In this document: one piece after another, positions 1 to 11,091 of the stretch | Layout of the letters: each line of letters starts with the position of its first letter | Numbering within the stretch: the first letter of the stretch is position 1 | NCBI GenBank assembly: GCA_965223505.1 | Contig: CBDCWP010000039.1 | Location: 96,001-160,000, forward strand | Source: Planctomycetota bacterium | GTDB lineage: Bacteria; Planctomycetota; PLA2; JAEUHO01 | DNA: 64,000 nt | Direction of reading: 5' to 3' | The notes under the pieces: model-generated | What the model was told of the DNA's origin: nothing | Seen by the model: only the letters and a program-made list of their open reading frames with translations | Database searches by the model: none | Program-made: the position numbers and the translations under genes

Positions 1-1736
<1,736 letters not shown>

Positions 1737-1964
1737 CGGTCACTCCTTCCGCGGCTCGAGCCGCCGGAACACGTCTCGCAGAGTGCTGCACGAACTCCTC
1801 CAAGTCGGGGTAGCGGTCTGAGATGGTAGCGCGGTCGCGCACGACCAGCGTGTTTCGGTACGCCGCGTTCGGCGTCGCGATCGCTACGCTCCGTAGAGTT
1901 CCGTTTGCCCTGCATTCGGCCGTGTCTCGCGTCGTCGTCGCGCGATGTGGTACTTAGGCGAGTC

Positions 1965-2969
1965 ATGGACCTAACACCGCCCGTCTCCCTGCGTCTCGCG
2001 CATCTACCTACGCCGCTCGAACCGCTCGAACGACTGGGCACGGGCTTCGCCATCGAGCTGTGGATCAAGCGCGACGACCTCACCGGGTCGGCGCTGACGG
2101 GGAACAAGGTGCGCAAGCTCGATTTCCTCGTCGCGGACGCGCTGCAGCGCGGCGCGGACACCCTCGTCACCTGCGGCGCCGTGACGTCGAATCACGCCCG
2201 CGCTACCGCCGTCGCAGCGGCGCGCATGGGGCTGCGCTCGCATCTCGTGCTGCGCGGCGAAGACGTCGATCCGCCGGACGGCAACCTCCTGCTCGACCGG
2301 CTCGTCGGCGCCGACACGACCTTCATCACCCCGGACGAGTGGGACGACCGGGACGCGATCATGGCGCGCGTCGCCGCCGAGGTCGACGGCGAGGCGTACG
2401 TCATTCCCGAGGGCGGCTCGAACTACGTCGGCGCCATGGGCTATGCGCTCGCCGCCCGCGAGCTCGTCGAGCAGGAGGAACAATTCGGCCTGAAGCTCCG
2501 CACGCTCGTCCATGCCACGGGCAGCGGAGGAACGACGGCCGGCCTCGCGCTCGGCTTCGCGGCGATCGGCCGTGACGACGTGGACGTCGTCGGTATTGCG
2601 GTCTGCAACGACGCGCCCTACTTCGACGGGATCGTCCGGAAGATCGTCGCCGACACCGTCGCCGCCGGCTTCGCGACCGAGGACGTCGCGCGGCGTGCCC
2701 GTTGGCGGATCCTCGACGGCTACAAGGGCCGCGGCTACGCGCTGACGACGGACGAGGAGCTCGAGCTGATCGCGCAGGTGGCGCGCACGGAGGGCGTCGT
2801 CCTGGATCCGGTCTACACCGGCAAGGCGTTCAACGGCCTGCTGGCCGAAGCGCGCGAAGGCCGGATCGGCGCGGACGGCGCGGTCGTGTTCCTGCACACC
2901 GGCGGCATCTTCGGCCTGTTCAGCTTCGCTGCGGATCTGTCGTCGCGGGAACCGGAGGCTCTTCCGTAG
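1965..2969 (+). CDS. PLP-dependent D-cysteine desulfhydrase / ACC deaminase family protein
   Basis: PTPLE, KRDDLTG..GNKVRK, SNHARA, IPEGGS, GSGGT, LDPVYTGK, FLHTGG. Confidence 0.9.
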   Translation: MDLTPPVSLRLAHLPTPLEPLERLGTGFAIELWIKRDDLTGSALTGNKVRKLDFLVADALQRGADTLVTCGAVTSNHARATAVAAARMGLRSHLVLRGEDVDPPDGNLLLDRLVGADTTFITPDEWDDRDAIMARVAAEVDGEAYVIPEGGSNYVGAMGYALAARELVEQEEQFGLKLRTLVHATGSGGTTAGLALGFAAIGRDDVDVVGIAVCNDAPYFDGIVRKIVADTVAAGFATEDVARRARWRILDGYKGRGYALTTDEELELIAQVARTEGVVLDPVYTGKAFNGLLAEAREGRIGADGAVVFLHTGGIFGLFSFAADLSSREPEALP

Positions 2970-4116
2970 GCGCCTCGACCGGCCTGCCGGTGTACCGCAT
3001 GGCGACCAGCGTGACGTCGTCCTCGAATTCCGAGCTGCCCTGGAAGCTGGCGAGATCCTGCAGGATCTCGCCGACCATCAGAGACGGCGCCAACGACGCC
3101 GCCTGGCGAATCCGCTCGTACAGACCGGCCTCTTCCAGGACCTTGCCGGTCGAGTGTTGGAGCACCTCGTACAGGCCGTCGCTGAACAAGACGAGACCGT
3201 CGCCGGCCTCGAGCTGAACGGTCTCCGAAGGTCGCGTCTCGCTGAAGATGTCCGGGTCCATCCCCAAAAGGCGGTTCGGCGTGCGCAGCATCTCGATCTC
3301 GCCGTTTGCCCGCAGCAGGACTTGCGCCGGGTGACCCGCGGTCGCGTACTCCATGACCCCCGTCGTCAGGTCCACGCGGAACACCCCGACGGTCATGAAG
3401 AAGTACGTGTGCGTGAAGATGTGCATCGCCGAACGGTTGATGCGCTCCAGCATCGCCTCCGGCCGCTTCTTCGTGAGCGTGAGCCGGCGCACGAGACCAT
3501 GGATGCGCGCGACGACGAGCGCCGCCGCGATGCCGTGGCCGGACACGTCGGCGATGCAGAGGTACAGGTACTTCCCCTCGACGACGTTGACGTGCACGTA
3601 GTCGCCGCCGACGAAGCGCGACGGAATCTGCCGTACGACGACCTCCGCGTCGTCGCGTCGGACGTTCTCCGGCATCAGCGTCGCCTGCACGGCCTGCGCC
3701 AGCTTGAGCTCGGCGGTCACGGCTTCGTGCGACTTCTCCAGGTTGATCCGGATTCGCTTCTCTTCGCCGAGCGCCTCCTCGGCTTCGACGCGATGCGCCT
3801 TCTCCTCGGCGTGCGCGACCAGCGCGCGCCACTTCTCCTCCTCGGCGATCTTCCCGACGCGGCCGGCCGAGCCGAGGATGATGGCCCACGTCGCCGGCGC
3901 GAACAGGCTCAAGAGCTTCAGCCACAGGTCGGCGCCGGCGAGGAACGTCAGCACCGGGATCGGAATCGCGAGCAGGAAGCCCATCCACAACGAGGGGTTG
4001 CGGCGAACGTCGTACGTCTTCTCGTCCGTGAGCGCCCGGATGAACGCACGCAGGTAGCGCCATGACTCCTCGACGGGTGCGCGGGCGGTGTTCGACGGAT
4101 CGTTCGTGTTCGACAT
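2920..4116 (-). CDS. Membrane-anchored PP2C/SpoIIE (RsbU-like) serine phosphatase
   Basis: Two N-terminal TM segments, a coiled coil, then VGGDY, IADVSGHG, AGHP, FSDGL, EDDVT. Confidence 0.9.
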   Translation of the reverse strand: MSNTNDPSNTARAPVEESWRYLRAFIRALTDEKTYDVRRNPSLWMGFLLAIPIPVLTFLAGADLWLKLLSLFAPATWAIILGSAGRVGKIAEEEKWRALVAHAEEKAHRVEAEEALGEEKRIRINLEKSHEAVTAELKLAQAVQATLMPENVRRDDAEVVVRQIPSRFVGGDYVHVNVVEGKYLYLCIADVSGHGIAAALVVARIHGLVRRLTLTKKRPEAMLERINRSAMHIFTHTYFFMTVGVFRVDLTTGVMEYATAGHPAQVLLRANGEIEMLRTPNRLLGMDPDIFSETRPSETVQLEAGDGLVLFSDGLYEVLQHSTGKVLEEAGLYERIRQAASLAPSLMVGEILQDLASFQGSSEFEDDVTLVAMRYTGRPVEAPTEEPPVPATTDPQRS

Positions 4117-4118
4117 GG

Positions 4119-4631
4119 TCAGTACTGGATGAGGGACTCCACCCTCACGTCCGGGAGCTTCTTGCGTCCTTCCAGAAACAGCAGCTCGATCAAGCAGGCG
4201 CAGCCTACGACATGAGCGTCCAAACGATTGGCCAGAGACACGGCGGCGCCCATCGTGCCGCCCGTCGCGAGCACGTCGTCGACGATGAGCACGCGCTCGC
4301 CCTCGTGTAGCGCGTCCTTGTGGATCTCGACGGCAGTCGAGCCGTACTCGAGGTCGTAGTCTTGGGAGAACGTCGCGCCGGGCAGCTTTCCGGGCTTGCG
4401 AACCGGGACGAATCCCGCGCCCAGGCGCAGGGCGATCGGGACCCCGAACATGAAGCCGCGGCTTTCGATGCCGATCACCTTCTGGACGTGCTCGTCGCCG
4501 TACAGGAGGTACATCTGCTCGACCGCCTGATGCAGCGCGTCCGCGTCGCCCATCAAGGGCGCGATGTCGCGGAAGACGACGCCCTCTTCGGGGAAGTCCG
4601 GCACGTCGCGGATGTAGGTTCGCAGGTCCAT
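4119..4631 (-). CDS. apt: Adenine phosphoribosyltransferase
   Basis: VPDFPEEGVVFRDI, ESRGF, RKPGKLPG, YDLEYG, IVDDVLATGGT. Confidence 0.96.
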   Translation of the reverse strand: MDLRTYIRDVPDFPEEGVVFRDIAPLMGDADALHQAVEQMYLLYGDEHVQKVIGIESRGFMFGVPIALRLGAGFVPVRKPGKLPGATFSQDYDLEYGSTAVEIHKDALHEGERVLIVDDVLATGGTMGAAVSLANRLDAHVVGCACLIELLFLEGRKKLPDVRVESLIQY

Positions 4632-4835
4632 GGGGGGCGGGAGTCTATCTTCGGGTCAACGGGGCCGGGCCGGTTTCACCAATCCCCGGCGGCCGAAACG
4701 CCGGCGCATTGTCGGGGTAGTCTTCGAGGGGGCGAAGGGAACCCCGACGCTTCGCAACGGAGCCGTTCCCGAACCCTATACTCGCCCGCGATTCGCCGGC
4801 GGCCGGCGTCGTGGCCCCATCAGGACTTCCCCATC

Positions 4836-5207
4836 ATGCGCACCCGCAAGCTCACCACCGTCATCGGCCTCACGATCGTCGCGACGCTTGCCTTCACCTT
4901 CTTCCTGACCCCCGCCAGCGGTGACGCGAAGACCGAGCTGGCCAAGGCCCAGAAGAAGGGGGAGACCCTCTGGGCGCAGAAGTGGGGCAAGGGCAAGACG
5001 TGCGCGCAGTGTCACACGAAGGGGGCCAACAAGCTCACCGCCAAGCGCCTCAACGCCTATCCCAAGTACGACAAGTTCATCAAGAAGGTCGTGACCGCGC
5101 AGCAGAAGCTCAATCAGATGATCAAGTCCAAGGGCAAGGGCGAAGAGCTGGAGCTGGGCAGTGAGGACCTCAACGCCCTCGAGGCCTACATCAAGACCCG
5201 CGAGTAG
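4836..5207 (+). CDS. Exported monoheme c-type cytochrome, SoxA/TsdA-like domain
   Basis: Signal peptide, CAQCH heme motif, YPKYD...VVT..Q.LN and GSEDLNALEAYI resembling a SoxA heme domain; start placed at ATG 4836. Confidence 0.75.
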   Translation: MRTRKLTTVIGLTIVATLAFTFFLTPASGDAKTELAKAQKKGETLWAQKWGKGKTCAQCHTKGANKLTAKRLNAYPKYDKFIKKVVTAQQKLNQMIKSKGKGEELELGSEDLNALEAYIKTRE

Positions 5208-5260
5208 CGCCCCGCCGGCGAACAAGGCAACCTGATCGTCGCCGGGTAGGATCCCGGCCC

Positions 5261-7006
5261 ATGGTGTTCAGGCAGGCCGTTCTCGAAGCCTTGACTGACG
5301 CGCTCGGCGAGCGCGCGGACGAGGTCGATCTCACCCGGTTGCTGAGCGATCCGCCGAGGCCCGAGATGGGCGACCTCGCGTTCGGCTGCTTCCCGCTGGC
5401 CAAGATCGAGCGCAAGGCGCCGCCCGCCATCGCGCAGGAGCTCGCCGAGCGGATTCCGATCGGGGGACTCGTCGCGAAGGTCACCGTCGCCGGTCCGTTC
5501 GTGAACTTCCACGCCGATCCCGTGGCGCTGCTCGACGCGTTCGCCAAGCAGCTGGCGGACGGGTCCTTCTTCGACGCCCTTCGCACGGATGCGCCGCAGC
5601 GCATCATGGTCGAGTTCTCCCAGCCCAACACGCACAAGGTGTTCCACGTCGGGCACTTGCGAAACGTCGTTCTCGGCGACGCGCTGGTCCGCGTTCTGAA
5701 AGCGCGTGGTCACGACGTCGTGCCGGTCAACTACTACGGCGACTTCGGCATCGACGTGGCCAAATGTCTCTGGTGGCTGCGCGCGCATCCCGCAGAGCCG
5801 CCGGCCGAGGGCCGAACGGCTTGGCTCGGCGCGGCCTACGCGAAGGCCACCGAAGCACTCGAGAACGCAAAGGCCGAGAGCGAGGAGGCGCATGCCGCAT
5901 TGAGCGCGGAAATTCGCGGCGTGCTCGCGGCGATGGAAGAAGAGGGCTCCGAGGTTCGCGCGCTGTACCTCGAGACGCGCCAGTGGTGCCTCGACGAGTT
6001 CGCGCAGCTCTACGCCAACATGGGCGTCCACTTCGATCACGACTTCTTCGAGTCCGAGCTCGAGGAGGCGGGCAACAAGGTCGTGGACGACTACCTCGCC
6101 AAGGGCGTCTTCGAGGAGAGCCAGGGGGCGATCATCTGCGATCTGTCGGACGACAAGCTCGTCCCCGCGTTGGTGCGCAAGAGCGACGGCACGAGCTTGT
6201 ACATGACGTGGGACCTCGCCCTCGCGCGCGAGAAGTTCGAGAAGTTCGACATCCAGCGATCGCTCTATGTCGTCGCGACCGAGCAGACCTTCCACTTCCA
6301 GCAGCTGTTCGCGACGCTGCGCCGCATGGGCTACCAGCGCGCCAAGGACTGCCGCCACGTCGCGTACGAGCTCGTCATGCTGCCCGAAGGCAAGATGTCC
6401 AGCCGCAAGGGCACCGCGACGCCGCTGCACGAGCTGCGCTCCGAGGTCCTCGAGGCCATCAAGACGAAGATGCGCGAGGAACATCGCGCCGAGCGCGAGG
6501 GCTGGACCGAAGCGCACTGGATCGAGACGGCCATGAAGGTCATGCGCGCTTGCCTGAAGTACGGCATGCTGCAGGTCGGGAACAACCGCACGGTCGTCTT
6601 CGACGTGGACGCGTGGACCAACCCGGAAGGCGATACGGGCGCCTACCTGCTGTACAGCCAGGCGCGGATCGCCGGCATCTTTCGGAAGGCCGGCGTGGAC
6701 GTCGAGCTGGCGGAGGGCATCGAGCGGGCCGGCACGTTCGGCGGCGGCGCCGAGCGCCAGGTGCTCAACCACCTGCTCAAGTTCGGCGACGTCGTTCGGC
6801 GGGTCGAGGACACCTGCGACCCGTCGCATCTCGCCAACTACCTGTTCGACGGTGCGAAGCGTTTCAGCCGCTTCTATCAGGAGTGTCCGGTGCTCAAGGC
6901 GGACGAGGAGACGCGCGCGGCCCGACTCCTCCTCATTCGTGCGACGGACGAGGTGTTCGGGCGCGGCCTGGAACTGCTCGGGATCGAGACGGTCGACGAG
7001 ATGTAG
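5261..7006 (+). CDS. argS: Arginyl-tRNA synthetase
   Basis: VEFSQPN..K.FHVGHLRN (HIGH), KSDGTSLY, KMSSRKG, GDTGAYLLYS.ARI, DALR-type C terminus. Confidence 0.96.
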   Translation: MVFRQAVLEALTDALGERADEVDLTRLLSDPPRPEMGDLAFGCFPLAKIERKAPPAIAQELAERIPIGGLVAKVTVAGPFVNFHADPVALLDAFAKQLADGSFFDALRTDAPQRIMVEFSQPNTHKVFHVGHLRNVVLGDALVRVLKARGHDVVPVNYYGDFGIDVAKCLWWLRAHPAEPPAEGRTAWLGAAYAKATEALENAKAESEEAHAALSAEIRGVLAAMEEEGSEVRALYLETRQWCLDEFAQLYANMGVHFDHDFFESELEEAGNKVVDDYLAKGVFEESQGAIICDLSDDKLVPALVRKSDGTSLYMTWDLALAREKFEKFDIQRSLYVVATEQTFHFQQLFATLRRMGYQRAKDCRHVAYELVMLPEGKMSSRKGTATPLHELRSEVLEAIKTKMREEHRAEREGWTEAHWIETAMKVMRACLKYGMLQVGNNRTVVFDVDAWTNPEGDTGAYLLYSQARIAGIFRKAGVDVELAEGIERAGTFGGGAERQVLNHLLKFGDVVRRVEDTCDPSHLANYLFDGAKRFSRFYQECPVLKADEETRAARLLLIRATDEVFGRGLELLGIETVDEM

Positions 7007-7370
7007 GGGCGACCCTCGCGGTCGCTCAGTTGGGCAGGCACAAGGCCTGCCCCTACAGACGTTCGGGATCGGGAGCGGATCCGAGCACGTGAACGTGAAC
7101 CAGCACGACATCCTGAACCGGATGTAGGGGCGACCCTCGTGGTCGCCCAAGCGTTCGTCGATCAGGTCTGAACGCATGCGTGGTTGGGCAGCCACCAGGG
7201 CTGCCCCTACAGACGTTCCGGATCGGGATCGGGAGCGGTTCCGAGCACGTGAACGTGAACCAGCACGACATCCTGAACCGGATGTAGGGGCGACCCTCGT
7301 GGTCGCCCAAGCGTTCGTCGATCGGATCTGAACGCATGTGCGGTTGGGCAGCCACAAGGGCTGCCCCTAC
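7003..7370. repeat. BIME/REPIN-like array of six alternating GTAG-type REP palindromes
   Basis: 25-nt units GTAG-GGGCGACC-CTCGT-GGTCGCCC on + at 7003, 7124, 7284; GGGCAGCC-ACAAG-GGCTGCCC-CTAC types on - at 7032, 7186, 7346; ~160-bp period with conserved linkers. Confidence 0.88.
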
Positions 7371-7371
7371 C

Positions 7372-8394
7372 CTACACCTCGATCCCGACGAGCTCGAGCG
7401 GATCGCGGCCCAGCGCCTTCGCCATTCGGGCGCGGATCTTCTCCGTTCGGCGTTCCTGCAGGTCGATCAGCGCCGGCGCGTCGTAGCGCGATCTCAGATC
7501 CCGAAACCGCTCGACGGGCGCGACCGCTTCCGGACCCTTCATGCACGCGTCCGCGAGCGCGGCGCAGCGCTCCTCCCAGGTCAACGTCCGGATGTCGATG
7601 AGCCGGCGAAACGAGCGAACGGTCTTCTTGGGAACGCCGGCCTTCACCAGCGCTTTTGCGCTCGCGCCCTTCGTGAAGTGCGAGATGCAGGCGAAGCCGT
7701 ACGCGGCGAAGGGGGTCTTGCGCAACAGCTTCAGGCCCGCTCGCTGGTGATCGTCGTGCTTGCCGATGGCGCGGCCCACGTCGTGCAAGAGGGTGCCCGT
7801 TGCCGTGGCCTCGACGTCGATCGCGACACCCTTCGCTTCCAGCGCCTCGGCGAACCGTCGCGCAAGCCGCGCGCCGCCCCGCAGATGGGCGATCAGGTTC
7901 GGCGTCGCCTCGGGCAGTCCGATGAGGTATCCGTCGGCCTCTTCCTCGCTCATCGACTGCAGCTCGAAAAGCGCCGGGTCCTTGATGTAGAGCGCGGCCT
8001 TGCGGATCGTGCGTCGAAGACTCGGGTAGGGCAATGCGTACAGCGCCTGCTCGAGGGAGGCCCACTTGTGGTGGGAATGCTCCTTCGAAAGCGTCACCCG
8101 TTTCGTGCGGGTCCGGGCGAGGAAGTACACGACGATCTTGTCGTAGCTCTGGCCGTTGCGCTGCGCCGGATAGTAGAGCTTGCGGCGAAAGTCGGTGTTG
8201 ACCTCGAGGTCGGTGAGCCCGGTCTCTTCTTCCGTCTCTCGCAGGGCCGTCGCGAGCTCCGACTCGCCCGACTCCGCGTGGCCCTTCGGCAGCCCCGGCT
8301 CCTTGCGCTTGCGGTTCGTCAGGAGCAGGTACTTCACGCCCGACCGGGTCGCGCGCGTGAGCACGAATCCGCAAGCGATCCGTTTCGTCCTCAT
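7372..8394 (-). CDS. Nudix hydrolase (Ap4A-hydrolase-like) fused to an HD domain
   Basis: Nudix box PKGHAESGESELATALRETEEETGL and LSKEH; C-terminal H...LLHDVGR...H...H...ALADA. Confidence 0.85.
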   Translation of the reverse strand: MRTKRIACGFVLTRATRSGVKYLLLTNRKRKEPGLPKGHAESGESELATALRETEEETGLTDLEVNTDFRRKLYYPAQRNGQSYDKIVVYFLARTRTKRVTLSKEHSHHKWASLEQALYALPYPSLRRTIRKAALYIKDPALFELQSMSEEEADGYLIGLPEATPNLIAHLRGGARLARRFAEALEAKGVAIDVEATATGTLLHDVGRAIGKHDDHQRAGLKLLRKTPFAAYGFACISHFTKGASAKALVKAGVPKKTVRSFRRLIDIRTLTWEERCAALADACMKGPEAVAPVERFRDLRSRYDAPALIDLQERRTEKIRARMAKALGRDPLELVGIEV

Positions 8395-8504
8395 GGCGCA
8401 CGTTGTACGTCCCACCGGCCTCACCCGCGGATGGAATTGGACCGCGCGGAATGCTCCCCGACGACCATCCGGGGCGCGGGGCCCTTCGGGTAGGCTTTCG
8501 GCCG

Positions 8505-9350
8505 ATGAGTGCCGCCGAACAGCTCGCGCCGCCGGTTTGTCAGGAAGGCGAGATTCTCGCCAACCGCAAGATCACGCCCGTGACCTGGGTCATGACGATC
8601 CACGCGCCCGACGTCGCGCCGACGATGCGCGCCGGCCAGTTCGTCAACCTCGAGACGAGCCCGACGCTCATTCCGCTGCTGCGCCGGCCGATGTCCATCC
8701 ACAAGCTCATCGAGCGCGGCGGCGTCGCGACGGGTTTCTGCATCCTCTACGACGTCGTCGGACCGGGCACCACCGCGCTCAGTCGAATGGGCCAGGGCGA
8801 CAAGATCAGCTACATCGGGCCGCTCGGCAACACGCTCACCGTGCCCGAAGGCGCCCGCCGGGCCACGCTCGTCGCGGGCGGCGTCGGCGTCGGCCCGATC
8901 AAGTTCGTCGCGGAAGCGCTGCAGCGGCGCGGCATCCGCGAGATCAACGTCTGCTACGGCGCCCGGGACGAGGACCACTCGGTGCCGGTCGAAGACGTGG
9001 CGCCCAACGGGTGTCGCGTGCTCGTGCGCACCGACGACGGCTCCGTCGGCCGAAAGGGCTTCGTCACCGAGGACGTCGCCCAGCTCATCGAGACCGGCCG
9101 CCTCGCGCCCGGCGACTACGTCTTCACCTGCGGACCGCACGCCATGTTCCACGCGCTGCGCGACCTACTGCGCGAAGCGGGCATCGCGGCCGAGGCGGCG
9201 ACCGAGGAGTTCATGGGGTGCGGGTTCGGGGTGTGCTTCGGATGCCCGCTGCGCCAGCGCCAGGAAGACGGCAGCGTCGCCTACAAGCTCTGCTGCGTCG
9301 ACGGCTGTCTGTTCCCGCTCGACACGCTCGTGTTCGAGGGCGAAGAATGA
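8505..9350 (+). CDS. pyrK: Dihydroorotate dehydrogenase electron-transfer subunit-like FAD/2Fe-2S protein
   Basis: GQFV, LRRPMSI, GPLGN, VAGGVGVGP, TDDGS.G.KGFVT, CGP..M, MGCGFGVCFGC...CVDG. Confidence 0.85.
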   Translation: MSAAEQLAPPVCQEGEILANRKITPVTWVMTIHAPDVAPTMRAGQFVNLETSPTLIPLLRRPMSIHKLIERGGVATGFCILYDVVGPGTTALSRMGQGDKISYIGPLGNTLTVPEGARRATLVAGGVGVGPIKFVAEALQRRGIREINVCYGARDEDHSVPVEDVAPNGCRVLVRTDDGSVGRKGFVTEDVAQLIETGRLAPGDYVFTCGPHAMFHALRDLLREAGIAAEAATEEFMGCGFGVCFGCPLRQRQEDGSVAYKLCCVDGCLFPLDTLVFEGEE

Positions 9351-9895
9351 GCAAGCGCCGCCCCCTCGACTCCGTCTCCGACCTCGTGAAGGTCCTGCGG
9401 CGCGTCAAGCCGCGCCAGATGGAGGCGTTCGAGCGCGCGATCCTGGCGTCGGACCGCGTCTTCGTCACGGGGCTCGGTCGCACCGGATTGATGGCGCGCG
9501 GCTTCGCGATGCGTCTGATGCATCTCGGCCGGCGCGTGTACCACGTGGGCGACGTCATCACACCGGCCATCGGGCCGAACGACCTCTTGATCATCTGCTC
9601 CCGGACGGGGCGCTCGAAGGTGCTGAGCCACTACATCCGGATCGCGCGCAAGGCCGACGCGGCGGTCGCGGTGGTGACGGCGAACGTGGAGAGCAAGGCC
9701 GCCCAGCGCGCGGACACCGCGCTCGTGATCGACGACGTCGTGCCGCACGACGAAGCACAGGGCGCGCCGCTGCCGCTCGGGAGCCTCTTCGAGCAGGCGC
9801 TGCTGATCGTGCTGGACCAGGTCGTCCTGTCGCTCATGGCGTCCCTCGGGCTCACCGAGCACGATCTCGCCCAGATCCACACCAAGTTCGAGTAG
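9347..9895 (+). CDS. SIS-domain 6-phospho-3-hexuloisomerase-like protein
   Basis: VFVTGLGRTGL...FAMRLMHLG, VGDVITPAI, PLGSLFEQ, C-terminal H.KFE; ATGA overlap with pyrK. Confidence 0.8.
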   Translation: MSKRRPLDSVSDLVKVLRRVKPRQMEAFERAILASDRVFVTGLGRTGLMARGFAMRLMHLGRRVYHVGDVITPAIGPNDLLIICSRTGRSKVLSHYIRIARKADAAVAVVTANVESKAAQRADTALVIDDVVPHDEAQGAPLPLGSLFEQALLIVLDQVVLSLMASLGLTEHDLAQIHTKFE

Positions 9896-10153
9896 GTGCC
9901 GGAGACGGCCGGGCCAAGCCCCCCCTGTGTTCAAAGCGATGGACATTCGGGCCCGGCGACAATACCAACCCTCTAACAGCAGGCCCGGTGCGACGTTACG
10001 GTGGCGGCGGCGCCGGTCGCTATGGCCGAGGATTCGGTGCGGATGCGATTGCCAGGCCGTCGACTCTCTGGGATCATCTGTCGGGCCGTATCAGGGGATC
10101 GGACACGCTGGAACAGGAGAGATCGGTTGCTCATCGCGAGCGCCATACGTGGG

Positions 10154-10873
10154 ATGATGCGCTACTTCGCACTGACTGCCGTTGTGTTTGCCGCCGTGTG
10201 CGCTGCGCCGTCGGCGTATGCCGAGGAGATCGACCTCAAGCTGTGGGTCGAGAACGGTAGCGAGAGCAAGTACGTCTACACGGGTGTTCACGACGCCAGT
10301 CGCGGCGACTTCTACTCGCCGGGCAAGGACTGGGAAGGCGACACCATTACGGGCAGCCACAAGTTCTTCTCGGGCGGGACGAAGAGCCTCGGGTTCGCCG
10401 ACGACCCGCTGAGCGGGTTCATCTCGGCGACGCTCGACACCGAGACCGACACCCTGACCTTCAACAACAGCACGCTGAAGGGATCGAACGGCAAGAAGCT
10501 CGTGATCACCGGCGGCTCCGTCGAGTACGTCGACGGGTTCGCGCGCGGCTCGATGGACTACGACCTGCACCTGACGAGCTCGTCGACGCCGTCGAACTCC
10601 GGCACGTTCTACTTCTATCCAATCGGGTTGATCGGCGCGAACGACTTCAACAAGTTCGACTTCACGTCGCCCGACTCCAACGGCATCTACTCCCTCAAGC
10701 TCTTCGGCAACAACTGGGAAAACCACGTGAGCGGCGCTCTGCCGTCCGCGTCGTCGTCGTTCGGCTTGAGTCTGTTCGTCAGCGTCCCCGAGCCGGGCAC
10801 CATCGGGTTGATGGGCAGCGTGCTCGTCGCGGGCGCGATCGCCGTGCGCCGCCGGCGCCGTCGCGAAGCGTAG
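10154..10873 (+). CDS. PEP-CTERM sorting-domain protein
   Basis: Signal peptide, Ser/Thr/Gly-rich body, C-terminal VPEPG + TM + RRRRRR. Confidence 0.9.
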   Translation: MMRYFALTAVVFAAVCAAPSAYAEEIDLKLWVENGSESKYVYTGVHDASRGDFYSPGKDWEGDTITGSHKFFSGGTKSLGFADDPLSGFISATLDTETDTLTFNNSTLKGSNGKKLVITGGSVEYVDGFARGSMDYDLHLTSSSTPSNSGTFYFYPIGLIGANDFNKFDFTSPDSNGIYSLKLFGNNWENHVSGALPSASSSFGLSLFVSVPEPGTIGLMGSVLVAGAIAVRRRRRREA

Positions 10874-11091
10874 GTCTCCGCCTTTCCGACTCGGCGCCCA
10901 GGTGCCGGGCAGGCGGAGTTGCGTCACTGCGGGGCTGAAACTCCGGTCCTTGGGAGCCCGTCGATGAGGCAAGGCCGGGCGTGCCGGTTTTCGGCCCTCT
11001 GCAGCGGACACAGCACCCGTGCCGTTGCTCGGCCGGGCCGCGTTCACGCCCGTACACTGCGCGCCCTTTGACCTCGTTTCCGGAGCCCAGC

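Noticed and set aside
2920..2969. 50-bp convergent overlap between the desulfhydrase and phosphatase genes
   Set aside because: Involves only low-complexity C-terminal tails; common in compact GC-rich genomes.
7003..7370. CRISPR array
   Set aside because: Repeats alternate in orientation, the linkers are repeated rather than unique, and no cas genes are present; this fits REP/BIME.
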